Part shown: piece after piece, positions 19,161 to 29,260 of the stretch
Position numbering within the stretch: the first letter of the stretch is position 1
Layout of the letters: each line of letters starts with the position of its first letter
Notes under the pieces: generated by a model
The model's input: only the letters and a program-made list of their open reading frames with translations
What the model was told of the DNA's origin: nothing
Database searches by the model: none
UHGV virus genome: UHGV-1373362
Origin: a virus
Reading direction: 5' to 3' (one strand)
Length of the DNA stretch: 64,000 nucleotides
Program-made: the position numbers and the translations under genes

Positions 19161-21396
19161 AGTGTTGTGTAGGCCATAAGTTAAATTTAGGTACTATAGA
19201 TTGCTTCTCTGGGATAACACCTTTATGTCGTATTCCCCTTTCATCTACCCAGTATCCAAATAACTTCAATTTATTACCACCATTATCTACTTCCCTAGGC
19301 GGGATTCCACTTAGTTCCTCATCTCCCAACTCACACATACCCATTGCAGCTACAATATCAAATTTACCTTTATTTTCAAATGAGTAAGTAATTAATTCAC
19401 TTATCATAGGTTCATACCATATGTTTCTGCAATAGTCATTAATATAGGCATCAATAAGATCTAACTGGTGTTGAATTACGGCTTCAGTTGCAGGAGCACC
19501 AAATTGTTTACTTCGACCTGCTTGTATATCAGATTGTACGGCTCTGGGTCTCCTCATCAAAAATTGTTCCTCTTTCTTCTTAGTTCTAAACCAAGTAAGA
19601 ATACTAATACGAGTAGATTCCAAACAAGCCTTACAATTATAATATTCAAGTATTTTTAATGTAGTTCTATATGCCTCTTCTAAGTTATTAGGTCTATCCT
19701 TATAGATACAGACATACATTGGTTCACTCATACCAAAGCATCTTTTCTTTACTACTACACAGAAGTCAGATGGGTCTTTAGTATTACTAGAGGTATCATT
19801 CATACCCATATCAATGCCATCAATGCCTGCAACATATAGATTTCTAAAATCAACCCCATTTTCACTTTTAATAGGATGTTCTATAATAACAACCTTGCCT
19901 TTGGGATTAGGAATAAATCTTACCCCCCTTTTAGTCGATTCAGAATGTATGTTATCCTGAAATTCATATTCCAATTGCCCTACTTTAGGTATTAACTCCA
20001 CTGGTGTGGCTTTGTGTAATTTAATTGCAGCTAATTGCTCTGATAGTAATACTGTATTAAACTGATTATCTCCCTCTAGGGCTAATGCCTCTTCAGCTGT
20101 AAAACAATACTCAGCAGAATATAACATAAGACCTTTGGGATCTCCAGATTTCTTATCCCGCTCAGCTTGATAATATTCCCTACCTTTAACTGGATCAGTC
20201 CATCCTCTTTTATCAACATATCCTGCCTTAGTTACAATTGTGTATGATGGAATAAAGTATCCAGTAATAACTGGTAACCCATCTGCGGTATAATTGTGCC
20301 TATATGGTAAAGCATCGTATGTATTAGGATTATAATATGCATCAGACAGTCCCTCCAAGGCAGGCCCACTATCACCACCTGTACCCCAAGCACACTTAAT
20401 TCCAAATCGTTGTCCTTGAATATCGATAAGTGCATCACCCTGAATGAAAGCTTTCTTCCAATTGGGCCAAGATCCACTCTCTTCATATACTAAATAGTCA
20501 GTACGGTCACCTCTAATTTTATTAGGTTTATCGGCAACAATGCCTTCTATTTCAGACATCCAACCCCTCTCAATACCATCCGAACCTACACTGGATGCCT
20601 TCTTCCACATTGCGGTATTATGTTTCTGCCTTAGTTTCCTGAATCCATCCTCAGTTTCTTCATCTAGGTAGTTAAGTTGAGTCCAACATTTATCAAGTGT
20701 GGCTTCTACATATATCTGCTGCTGAGCTGCAATTACAGATCTAGTATTTGGCCTACTATTATATGTATTAACTGCTATAGCTGCACCAATTTCTGAGAAC
20801 CCCACACCTCTGGCTTTTAGCCCAATAGCATTTCTTCTAAGTACTTTGCACAGCTCTATGTAATGAAAATATTCATACTGCTTTACATAGAAGTTGGGGA
20901 AATCAATACCACGACCTCCACCAGCTTTACTAGCTGACGATAAGTTAGGTAATCTGTAATAGTTTAAAAAATAATAGTTATCACCTGTAATAGTGTAACC
21001 ATTAACAGTTAAACCGTTAGCACATCTATCATATTCTCTATCCCAAAACTCACAATAATCCTTACCCCCTGCATATGATGTACAGTATTTACCAGTAGAT
21101 TCTTTAGACCTTCTAACTTCTAAGAACCATTCTGGATCAAAGTCTAAACCATTAATTCCATCTATAGGTCTATAGCCAGTAAGCTCATATGATAGGGTAG
21201 AATCAAAGAAGTCAATAGGATCTCCTATCTTAACATCCCACTGTATATCAGAGATTCTACTTTTTATATCCTCTTTAACAGTAACTATATTATCAGTAAC
21301 GTACTCAGTAAGTTCATCATTGACAACTTTCTTAATTATTTTTTCTACAGTAGGAGATTCTTGTATTTGACTCTTGGGTTTGCGTCCTCTAGCCAT
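19117..21396 (-). CDS. terL: Terminase large subunit (759 aa)
   Basis: Size, and position at the head of the structural block. C-terminal RNase-H-like nuclease signatures (LYVAGIDGIDMG..., DFCVVVKKR). N-terminal basic tail. ATPase Walker motifs not cleanly recognisable by eye. Confidence 0.55.
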   Translation of the reverse strand: MARGRKPKSQIQESPTVEKIIKKVVNDELTEYVTDNIVTVKEDIKSRISDIQWDVKIGDPIDFFDSTLSYELTGYRPIDGINGLDFDPEWFLEVRRSKESTGKYCTSYAGGKDYCEFWDREYDRCANGLTVNGYTITGDNYYFLNYYRLPNLSSASKAGGGRGIDFPNFYVKQYEYFHYIELCKVLRRNAIGLKARGVGFSEIGAAIAVNTYNSRPNTRSVIAAQQQIYVEATLDKCWTQLNYLDEETEDGFRKLRQKHNTAMWKKASSVGSDGIERGWMSEIEGIVADKPNKIRGDRTDYLVYEESGSWPNWKKAFIQGDALIDIQGQRFGIKCAWGTGGDSGPALEGLSDAYYNPNTYDALPYRHNYTADGLPVITGYFIPSYTIVTKAGYVDKRGWTDPVKGREYYQAERDKKSGDPKGLMLYSAEYCFTAEEALALEGDNQFNTVLLSEQLAAIKLHKATPVELIPKVGQLEYEFQDNIHSESTKRGVRFIPNPKGKVVIIEHPIKSENGVDFRNLYVAGIDGIDMGMNDTSSNTKDPSDFCVVVKKRCFGMSEPMYVCIYKDRPNNLEEAYRTTLKILEYYNCKACLESTRISILTWFRTKKKEEQFLMRRPRAVQSDIQAGRSKQFGAPATEAVIQHQLDLIDAYINDYCRNIWYEPMISELITYSFENKGKFDIVAAMGMCELGDEELSGIPPREVDNGGNKLKLFGYWVDERGIRHKGVIPEKQSIVPKFNLWPTQHYDDTGYRTSNPRFN

Positions 21397-21397
21397 A

Positions 21398-21988
21398 TCA
21401 TTTCTTTATCTTTGGTGTATAACCTTCTGTAGCACCTGCACGTAAACCAGAGGCAGCTTTTTGCTTCTTCTTAATACGGGCTTCTAAGGCATCTAACTCG
21501 TCTAATACTTTAGATATAGATGCCATTTCACCAATAACGTCTTTGGCTTTAAATATAGGTTTACCGGTAATTGGGTCACGCTCTTGTAGATCTGAACCCT
21601 CATTGAAATAATCAATAAGCTCATCAACCTTATTCTGAGCTGCTCTTACCAATTTAATATCACGTGCAGACTCCTGAATTTCTCTATACTTTCTACATGC
21701 CGCTCTAAAAGTAGGATCATTAAATTCCTCCTCAGTAATTCCACTATCCTGCTTAGCTGCCTCATTTCTTTCTGCCTCACTAAACTGGGAGTAATGAGAC
21801 TGCCAATCAATCATTAGATACATGTATGTAAACTCTTTGAATGCCCTTAACTTTTTGATACCCTTGGGGTCTTCTTTACAAATATTTCTCTTATTATCCA
21901 TTAATGCCGAGAACTCAGTAATTAGTAAGATCTCTGGCTCATTTAAAGTTAGAACATGAGAAACCTGATCATATAGAAATATTGTCAT
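21398..21988 (-). CDS. Hypothetical protein (196 aa), candidate terminase small subunit by position
   Basis: Immediately upstream of terL; coiled-coil/charged C-terminus. Confidence 0.3.
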   Translation of the reverse strand: MTIFLYDQVSHVLTLNEPEILLITEFSALMDNKRNICKEDPKGIKKLRAFKEFTYMYLMIDWQSHYSQFSEAERNEAAKQDSGITEEEFNDPTFRAACRKYREIQESARDIKLVRAAQNKVDELIDYFNEGSDLQERDPITGKPIFKAKDVIGEMASISKVLDELDALEARIKKKQKAASGLRAGATEGYTPKIKK

Positions 21989-22006
21989 TATATTATGAAT
22001 TAATTA

Positions 22007-22612
22007 TTAACCCTTCTTCTGTGGTTTCTTTTGAAGTCTTTTAGGTACTGCCTTAGTTGGAGTTTTAGGTTTAGATTTAGGAGCTTCTTTTGGTTCCCAA
22101 CCATCATCGTGATGTCCAGAAGTTCTATTAAGTTCTGCTAATCGGTTATGTTGAGGGCTGTTTTGTTTAATCTTGCCAGCCTGATAATCCTTTATCAATC
22201 TAGCATGTTCTGCCTCATTATATGCTTTACCCCCATTTTGCTTCTTAGTAATTCTCTTCTTGGCTTTACCACCACACTTATCTTTAAACACTTCAGTAAC
22301 TCCACCTTGGGCTTTCTTTTTGCATTTAACACAGCCTCCAGCCATAAATTTCTCTACCTCGTAACCTTCAGGGCATTCTCCCCTTAAAGTTTGCAAGTAA
22401 TTTATCTTGGCTCCCAATGCTGCCATAGTAATCGTACCGTTCTCCATAGTTTTAAACTGTTTATAATATTGCTTTAAATCATTCTCTGATAACTTCGCCA
22501 CCTTATCTTCAAAGTCTTTTTGGCTGGTAGGCTGTAGTATATTAATAAGATAGGCAGTGAACGCTTTCTGTTCGTCGCTCATCTGCCCACCTTGTTGATA
22601 TATATTTACCAT
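22007..22612 (-). CDS. Basic hypothetical protein with CxxC...CxxC zinc-ribbon-like motif (201 aa)
   Basis: ORF; Lys-rich. Confidence 0.3.
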   Translation of the reverse strand: MVNIYQQGGQMSDEQKAFTAYLINILQPTSQKDFEDKVAKLSENDLKQYYKQFKTMENGTITMAALGAKINYLQTLRGECPEGYEVEKFMAGGCVKCKKKAQGGVTEVFKDKCGGKAKKRITKKQNGGKAYNEAEHARLIKDYQAGKIKQNSPQHNRLAELNRTSGHHDDGWEPKEAPKSKPKTPTKAVPKRLQKKPQKKG

Positions 22613-22854
22613 TTCTCTATTTTTATAAGATCCTTAGTATTGTAAATAGCTTCTTGAAGCACTCCCTCTGTAGAAAACCATCTACATCTTATACCTTTAA
22701 AGTAATCTTCAGACATATTAGGAACTCCCTCTGTCCTGTGAGTTCTAATAGTCATAGTTTCCTTCTTGACTACAATCATTACAGGTTTATGTGGTATGTC
22801 TTGTTTAAGAGTTACCACATCACCTGGCATAAAATAAATTTTCTCCTCCATCAT
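22606..22854 (-). CDS. Small hypothetical protein (82 aa)
   Basis: ORF. Confidence 0.25.
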   Translation of the reverse strand: MMEEKIYFMPGDVVTLKQDIPHKPVMIVVKKETMTIRTHRTEGVPNMSEDYFKGIRCRWFSTEGVLQEAIYNTKDLIKIEKW

Positions 22855-23402
22855 TCAATATTCTTAAAACGCTCTGTTAATCCTTCATTGATTACAGCTT
22901 GTATTTGTTGTTCTGCTACTACTTCAAATCCTTGTCTGAAGAATGGAACTGGAACCCCACTAACACGTCTGTAATAAATATCATCTCCCTCTTTAATGAA
23001 TTTACATAATGGACTTACTGCTATTACATTGGCAACTACAGATAAATTCTCCTCCTTATCATCCTCTCCAGAATCTGGATTTTTAAAATCACCAGTATAT
23101 TCTGGGATTATCAATCCACTATCAGTAACTTCAACTTTTTGGTAAGGATTCTTGGCATATGGTTTAACTAACACATAGTAATTAATCGGCATTATTTCCA
23201 TAGTGCTCATTTTGGTAGTTATCTCCTTAGCTCTCTCTAATTCTCCCTTGACCTTAGAATTAATTGCCTTAGTATAATTATCTATAGCTTGATTGTGTGC
23301 ATTAATTGCTTCTTTTCTTAAGGCCTCATCGATAGTATCTATGTTACCAAATGCTACAGCTTCTCCTCCATTAAACAAATCCATTCTTCCGTTATTTCTC
23401 AT
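22851..23402 (-). CDS. Hypothetical protein with GroES-like co-chaperonin signature in its C-terminal half (183 aa)
   Basis: YVLVKPYAKN...VTDSGLIIPE resembles the GroES RVLVKR...GGIVLP core. By eye only. Confidence 0.3.
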   Translation of the reverse strand: MRNNGRMDLFNGGEAVAFGNIDTIDEALRKEAINAHNQAIDNYTKAINSKVKGELERAKEITTKMSTMEIMPINYYVLVKPYAKNPYQKVEVTDSGLIIPEYTGDFKNPDSGEDDKEENLSVVANVIAVSPLCKFIKEGDDIYYRRVSGVPVPFFRQGFEVVAEQQIQAVINEGLTERFKNIE

Positions 23403-23422
23403 AATTCATTTATAATTTAAAA

Positions 23423-23695
23423 TTACCATTTTCCTATAGGACAGAACGCACCGGGCAATGTAGTTTTAGCCCTTAATCTACATCCACATCCATTTATATA
23501 ACCATCTTTTTTGGAATTACTAATATCTCCTGTTTCTGGGTTATACCATACCTTACTATTACATATTTCTCCCAGAACAACACTTCGTTTATATAATGGG
23601 CATGATCTACATACTTTGATGCGAGCTTCTGATATGTTTTTATTTAAGCCCAACATTTCATTAGTATGCCCATTTAGAATAGCCCCTAGACCCAT
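23423..23695 (-). CDS. Small Cys-rich zinc-ribbon protein (90 aa)
   Basis: CRSCP...C...GCGCRLRA...C pattern. Confidence 0.3.
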   Translation of the reverse strand: MGLGAILNGHTNEMLGLNKNISEARIKVCRSCPLYKRSVVLGEICNSKVWYNPETGDISNSKKDGYINGCGCRLRAKTTLPGAFCPIGKW

Positions 23696-23762
23696 GAGTT
23701 CTCTAATTTAATTGATGCTAATATCTCAAATTTGAATTTGAAAGATACTCTAATAGGTACTG

Positions 23763-24680
23763 TTAGAACTTCACAGGTCTACGGCTTTCTTTTAATGCTT
23801 CAAGTCTAGACTGTTTCTTATAAAACTTACACATTCTTTCTACATCATCCTTTAGATAGTCAAGTTCATGTTCCGAAACTCTACCTTCATGATCGTAATG
23901 TATAAGCATTAGCTTTTTAATCACAAACTCTGGATTAAGTTTCTGAAGCATCCAAGCATACGTTGATAGCTGTAAGGCATAATGTACTTTATTACAATCC
24001 ATCAAGTTATTCATGGGATACTTCATCATTTGACACTTCTTTGTACGTGTATCAAAGTAAGATTTATCATCTAACTTCTTGTTAGTTTTATAATCTACAA
24101 TATAAATATCGTTACCATCCTTAATTAGTAAGTCAATCTGTCCCGCAAGTCTAAACTTACCATCATTAGATTTTCTATAAATCATATATTCAGGGAAAAT
24201 CCCCTTATCAATATCTAATAATTCTCTATTACTCTCAGTAAGAGATGCATTCGTATTTACTTCAAACTTACCTCCCAGTCCGAATTTTTTAGCATCACAA
24301 TATTTCTTGGAGGTATACTTACCTTCCAACTCTGCATGGATTTTTGATCCACGTTCACATGATTGAGCATTTGTCTTAGCCCACTCATCTAATATGTCTT
24401 GTTGAGCTTTATTAAACTGGTTTTCAGTTATATCATACATATCTAATATGTAAGGCAGATCAATCTTGTGTGTTTTCAGTAGTTGAGATTTCTCCATTTT
24501 AAATTCTTCTGGAGTTAATAATCTCTCTAAAGCTTTATATGCTGACCAAAACTCACTATCAAAATCTTGACAAAACTTACCTATTAGGGTAGTTACTGAT
24601 ACATATACTCCATTTTCATCCCAGTACGTATGTTTTTCATCATTGTAACAAACGTTCTGGTTCTGCTTGTCCACTTTCAT
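23763..24680 (-). CDS. PD-(D/E)XK superfamily nuclease (RecB/lambda-exonuclease-like), 305 aa
   Basis: GQIDLLIK...IYIVDYKTNKK gives the D...(D/E)xK catalytic arrangement. Confidence 0.5.
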   Translation of the reverse strand: MKVDKQNQNVCYNDEKHTYWDENGVYVSVTTLIGKFCQDFDSEFWSAYKALERLLTPEEFKMEKSQLLKTHKIDLPYILDMYDITENQFNKAQQDILDEWAKTNAQSCERGSKIHAELEGKYTSKKYCDAKKFGLGGKFEVNTNASLTESNRELLDIDKGIFPEYMIYRKSNDGKFRLAGQIDLLIKDGNDIYIVDYKTNKKLDDKSYFDTRTKKCQMMKYPMNNLMDCNKVHYALQLSTYAWMLQKLNPEFVIKKLMLIHYDHEGRVSEHELDYLKDDVERMCKFYKKQSRLEALKESRRPVKF

Positions 24681-25374
24681 ATAACTTCTTAAATTTATTC
24701 TTTACTGAGTTGTAATCTAACCATGTAGATAAAGGTTGAATAGAAGGAGCAATTGTAGATTGATAGTACCCTAAGTGATATTCCTTCTTAGTGTGATAAA
24801 TAACAATTATCATACCAATAGGATCATTTATTCCAGTAATAGGATAAAATGCAGCAGAAACTGCATTGCTACGTTGTAATAAATCAACCAAATTAGGAAG
24901 AGTGCGAGCATATGCCCCAATACTATCCATTCTTAATGATTTGTTTCCGTTTATTCTTTCAATTTCTTCTCCATAGTTTATATATTCTAGCTCCTTCCAA
25001 ATTCTCAAACACTTCTTAGTATCCATTCCTCTTGTCTTCTCTGTTAATGCTGTAAGATACCTATAGGATAATCCATGAGTACTTGTAAGAGTATTATGAT
25101 AATTTAGTAGAATGATATTTGAAGCTTCCTTGTCTCGTGCCAATATAAGTTCGACTTGTTCATTTAGTGCAGGAGCTATAATCTTTGTATATTCTTCGGC
25201 AAGCTGCTTATCGTGCTGTGTTTGTTCAGTATAATCTCGTAGGATAAATTTTGTATGACCTTTAAAACTTGTGTCTATAACTATCACGGCTAAAATTATA
25301 ATTATGATAGTCTTTATATTTGGACCCAAGTTGTTGATCCAACCATAGATGGCTTCTAGTCTACTTAGTGACAT
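24640..25374 (-). CDS. Membrane-anchored hypothetical protein (244 aa)
   Basis: N-terminal hydrophobic helix (KTIIIIILAVIVI). Confidence 0.3.
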   Translation of the reverse strand: MSLSRLEAIYGWINNLGPNIKTIIIIILAVIVIDTSFKGHTKFILRDYTEQTQHDKQLAEEYTKIIAPALNEQVELILARDKEASNIILLNYHNTLTSTHGLSYRYLTALTEKTRGMDTKKCLRIWKELEYINYGEEIERINGNKSLRMDSIGAYARTLPNLVDLLQRSNAVSAAFYPITGINDPIGMIIVIYHTKKEYHLGYYQSTIAPSIQPLSTWLDYNSVKNKFKKLYESGQAEPERLLQ

Positions 25375-25479
25375 TAATCTTTCTTGTTTTAATTACTTAT
25401 TATTATATAACTTGGAAATTAACTTGTACTCATACTCATTACTTCATTACTATAATTTACCCTTATTTGTTTGATAATG

Positions 25480-25501
25480 TGCAAATTTAACCCTAATTTT
25501 G
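25480..25501 (+). promoter_or_regulatory. Bacteroidetes-type promoter candidate (-7 box TAATTTTG) for the plus-strand block
   Basis: ctaattttg matches the TAnnTTTG -7 consensus, with TTG upstream at roughly -33. Lies at the divergent switch between the strand blocks. Confidence 0.35.
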
Positions 25502-25535
25502 TAAATAAAAAAATGAAATACTAATTTATTTAATT

Positions 25536-25835
25536 ATGAAACTAAATCAGGAGGAATTAAGAACAATGTACACCTCTTTAGACGAAATGTTTAGAAAGGC
25601 AAATTTAGATAACATTCCCATGTTCAAACGAGGAAGTAAGCTAATGCCAAGATGCAAGAATGGAAGTGGAATTCATATTAAGAAAGAAAATAGAGGTAAG
25701 TTTACAGCATCAGCTAAAAAAGCCGGACAGAGTGTACAAGAACATGCTAAGTCTGTACTTAATAATCCCAATGCTACTCCTTTGCAAAAGAAGAGGGCTA
25801 ACTTCGCACGAAATGCTGCTAAATGGCATCATTAA
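25536..25835 (+). CDS. Basic hypothetical protein (99 aa)
   Basis: ORF; first gene of the plus-strand block. Confidence 0.35.
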   Translation: MKLNQEELRTMYTSLDEMFRKANLDNIPMFKRGSKLMPRCKNGSGIHIKKENRGKFTASAKKAGQSVQEHAKSVLNNPNATPLQKKRANFARNAAKWHH

Positions 25836-25845
25836 TCAGTAAAAT

Positions 25846-26100
25846 ATGTCTACAGAGGGGAAAAGCATTAATAAGCAATTACTAAGAGAATATAAAACTA
25901 AATGTTGCATATGTGGAGAAACTACGTATTGTTGCTTAGAGTTACATCATATCAAAGACAAACTTTATAATATATCTCAAGCAGTTAAAACACTCCCAAC
26001 ACCTCTATTTATTAAGGAGATACATAAATGTATTGTAGTATGTTCTAATTGTCATAAAAAGCTACATAATAATATAATTAGATATGAAAATAATACCTAA
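25846..26100 (+). CDS. HNH endonuclease (84 aa)
   Basis: CCICGE...CCLELHHIKD...CSNCHKKLHN: HNH motif with paired Cys zinc ligands. Confidence 0.6.
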   Translation: MSTEGKSINKQLLREYKTKCCICGETTYCCLELHHIKDKLYNISQAVKTLPTPLFIKEIHKCIVVCSNCHKKLHNNIIRYENNT

Positions 26101-29100
26101 GCTACAAGAAGGAAATGTAATACGCCAGGATAATACCAGAGTAGCTACCAAACCTATTATAAAGCCAACTGAATATAGGCCAGCTGAATATTATATACGT
26201 GATTTAGGAGGACAGCCTTCTACTGATACCAGAACTTCATCAGAGAGAAATAGAGATTATTGGCATCCCATTAAAGGTGCCAAAGAAAGGTTTAAATCTT
26301 CGATGTCCAATAAAACCAACCCACTAGTGGGATTAGAAAATACTGTAATGCCTGCTATGGCAGGTGCTGCATTAGTAACAACTCCTGCTACATTAATAGG
26401 AGGAACTATAGGTAGTGAAGCAGTTAATAATGCTACTGGAGGTTTTGGAAAATGGCTTGAAGGTAAAACTGGAATACCATCAGAAATTGGGGAATATTTA
26501 AATCCTGGTGCTATATATGGAGGAGCCAAAGGCTACAATATTACTAAGAATAAATTAGCATCTAAATTTATAAAAGGAGATGCAGATTTAGGTTGGAGTC
26601 CTCTTATTAATACAAAAAGATTTAAATATTATAAAGATATACCTATAAGAAAGGGAAGTCATTACAGAGTAGTAACAGGACAGGAACCTATTAATGATGC
26701 GATAACTTCTGGGGTAATTAGAACTAAAGCGGGGAATAAAGCACATAGTTCTGGTAAAGTTAATACATCTAAAATTAAACTTAAACCAAAAACTGTTACA
26801 TATGATGCTCCTTACTTTCAAAAAGAAAAATTATATTATTCCCCTAATAGTAGAGATAAAGTAATTGTAGGGAATGATATTAATACCCCATTTAGAAAAA
26901 TAGGTTTAAAAAATAACATAGAACAATATCCAATAGGGACTCCGATTATCGAGGGGGATATAACTTCTCCATATATAAATGGAAAATTTGGTGTCGCCCC
27001 ATCTAAAGACTTTACCTACTTTGATAGAGGATTGTTTGGATGGCGGGAGAAAACGTTTGATAATAACAATGGACTTATAAACAAAAATCACTGGATATTT
27101 AATAAGGAAGCAAGGACTCCTACTAACATAACTATGGCAGCTGCTAATAGAGTAATGCCATTCTTATCAAATATGGAGAAAACTCCAGCTAGAATTGCAG
27201 CTTATAAAGTAGGTAGAAGAACCAAAGGTAATGCTTCTGTATCTTTAAAGGATATAAAGAATAATGAGTCTACATACACAGGTTCAGCAACACCAGAAGG
27301 TAATAATGGTGATAGGGACTTGTTAGGAATGTATCTATTTCAGAATGACCCATTAATAAGTAAGAGTCCTTGGTTTCAGAAGGTAGCCCAGTCATTTAAG
27401 CCAGCTAAAGGAAAAGGATTCAGCTATAGTGATAGATATAGTAAATTATATCCAGGTATTGAGCAGAGAAGGTATCAAATGCAGTCTGTAGTTAAGGATT
27501 CAAGACCTTTAAGATTTAGAGATATAGAAGAGTTCAACGAGTACTCTAGTGGTATAGGTAAGCTACAAGGCAAGGAAGGTGACATGGTCATAGAAATGCC
27601 AGATGGATTCCAAACATTTAGACAGCCTGGAACTAATTACGCTGGACCTATAGATGATGTAGGAGGACATATTATAAAGATTGATTATAATAACAAGGGT
27701 AAATTAACTCAGATATCTCAAGATATGTGGAAGTTTAACCCTAGGGATTATGCTAAAAGATGGTCAGGCAGCAGTGCATCTGAAGGAGTTAGGGCCACTA
27801 AACAAGCTGCATTAATGGATAAAGTTGGAACACCATTCATACTACAACAGGAAAATCCAATTGTTATAGGAGGAAGGAGAGTATGGGAATCCTTAGAACA
27901 AGTTCCAAGAATACTTAGAGAAAGAAGACAGCCGAGGATGCAAGGTGCATTACTAACTATGAAGAAGGGTGGATTAATTCCTAGATGTCAAGCTGGGGCT
28001 ACCATAAAAGACACAGCTATAGGAATGATTCCTATTGTTGGAACCTATCAAGATTACAAGAAGTTTAGAGATAATCCAACATGGGGGAATTTCGGATGGC
28101 TAGCTGCTTCTGCCCTCGGAGATGCATTATTCTTTACTGGTGCAGGTGCGGCTCTAAAGGGCGTAAAAGCAGCAAGGGTAGCAGCTAAGAGTAGAGCATT
28201 ACTTACAGCTAATAGATACGGCAGAAGTCGGGTAGGGTTTCAAAGAGGACTAGAATATGGCGCATCGAAAGGGGATGTTAAAAGTATGTTCCAGAACTTA
28301 AGAAATTATAAGGTTGCAGAACAGAAACAACTAGCTGCTGAGGCAGCTGCAAGACAGCAAACTATAAATGGTGCTAAGAATATAGGTAAAGACTTGGGTC
28401 AGGATGCAATAGTTAACACTACACAAGAGATAGTATCTAAGCGTAAAGGTGGTAGCTTAGTATCAGATGGTAGAAGATTTAAGTTTAAGGACTCTCCTTT
28501 AGCAAGGAACTCAAAAACTCTTAATAATAAAAGAGATATGAGGAAGAAGTTTATGAAGTCTGATAGGCCTACATATACTAACAATAGAATAAGAAAAGGA
28601 CAAGAAGGTTTAAGGTTTGTAAACTATGATGAGGTAAAGAACCCAGAGTTAAACTTCAATGATTATAAACTACCTGTAGATACTTTTAGTCCCTATAATA
28701 TTCCTGTTAAATCTAATGGAACAGAACCAATTAGGGAAAGAATAGTGGAAAAAATAGTTGAGGTTCCAGTTGAAGTAACTAAACAAGAAGAAAAGGAGGA
28801 AGTAAAAGTGCCGTGGACAAATCAATATAAAAACAACAAGCAACAATGGATTACAGACCTTACTAATGCTTATAGAAATGCTGGTATAACTAATGAAGAT
28901 ACATTAAATATGTTAATATCCCAGGATGCATTAGAGAGTGGATGGGGTAGATCAGCTCAGGGAGATTATAATTTTGGTAATATAACTGCAGGTAAATATT
29001 GGAAGGGAAGAACTGTTACAGGTGGTGATCATAATGCTAAAGGTCAAAAGATTAGCCAAGTATTTAGAGCTTACGATAGTATAAATGACTACGCTAAAGA

Positions 29101-29260
29101 TAAAGTTGATTTTCTAAAGAGACTATATGACTTTACAGAGGGTGATACCATAGATGTATTTGCTAATAAGTTACAAGGGGGTAACAGAGGTAAGAGAAAA
29201 TATGCAGAGGCTCCTAACTATGTTGAAATGCTAAAGAAGGTCTATAGAGGAGGAAAATAA
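26084..29260 (+). CDS. Large (1058 aa) protein with C-terminal FlgJ-like glucosaminidase domain; candidate virion-associated peptidoglycan hydrolase or tape-measure-like protein
   Basis: C-terminus ...ISQDALESGWGRSAQGDYNFGNI... matches the glucosaminidase (FlgJ) ALESGWG signature. Gly/Ala-rich central segment. Its N-terminal 20 aa are shared with the next gene. Confidence 0.55.
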   Translation: MKIIPKLQEGNVIRQDNTRVATKPIIKPTEYRPAEYYIRDLGGQPSTDTRTSSERNRDYWHPIKGAKERFKSSMSNKTNPLVGLENTVMPAMAGAALVTTPATLIGGTIGSEAVNNATGGFGKWLEGKTGIPSEIGEYLNPGAIYGGAKGYNITKNKLASKFIKGDADLGWSPLINTKRFKYYKDIPIRKGSHYRVVTGQEPINDAITSGVIRTKAGNKAHSSGKVNTSKIKLKPKTVTYDAPYFQKEKLYYSPNSRDKVIVGNDINTPFRKIGLKNNIEQYPIGTPIIEGDITSPYINGKFGVAPSKDFTYFDRGLFGWREKTFDNNNGLINKNHWIFNKEARTPTNITMAAANRVMPFLSNMEKTPARIAAYKVGRRTKGNASVSLKDIKNNESTYTGSATPEGNNGDRDLLGMYLFQNDPLISKSPWFQKVAQSFKPAKGKGFSYSDRYSKLYPGIEQRRYQMQSVVKDSRPLRFRDIEEFNEYSSGIGKLQGKEGDMVIEMPDGFQTFRQPGTNYAGPIDDVGGHIIKIDYNNKGKLTQISQDMWKFNPRDYAKRWSGSSASEGVRATKQAALMDKVGTPFILQQENPIVIGGRRVWESLEQVPRILRERRQPRMQGALLTMKKGGLIPRCQAGATIKDTAIGMIPIVGTYQDYKKFRDNPTWGNFGWLAASALGDALFFTGAGAALKGVKAARVAAKSRALLTANRYGRSRVGFQRGLEYGASKGDVKSMFQNLRNYKVAEQKQLAAEAAARQQTINGAKNIGKDLGQDAIVNTTQEIVSKRKGGSLVSDGRRFKFKDSPLARNSKTLNNKRDMRKKFMKSDRPTYTNNRIRKGQEGLRFVNYDEVKNPELNFNDYKLPVDTFSPYNIPVKSNGTEPIRERIVEKIVEVPVEVTKQEEKEEVKVPWTNQYKNNKQQWITDLTNAYRNAGITNEDTLNMLISQDALESGWGRSAQGDYNFGNITAGKYWKGRTVTGGDHNAKGQKISQVFRAYDSINDYAKDKVDFLKRLYDFTEGDTIDVFANKLQGGNRGKRKYAEAPNYVEMLKKVYRGGK

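Noticed and set aside
26257-28584. Minus-strand ORFs (26257-26529, 26588-26821, 26906-27091, 28399-28584) inside the 1058-aa gene
   Set aside because: Antisense shadow ORFs within a long plus-strand gene that has a clear glucosaminidase domain.
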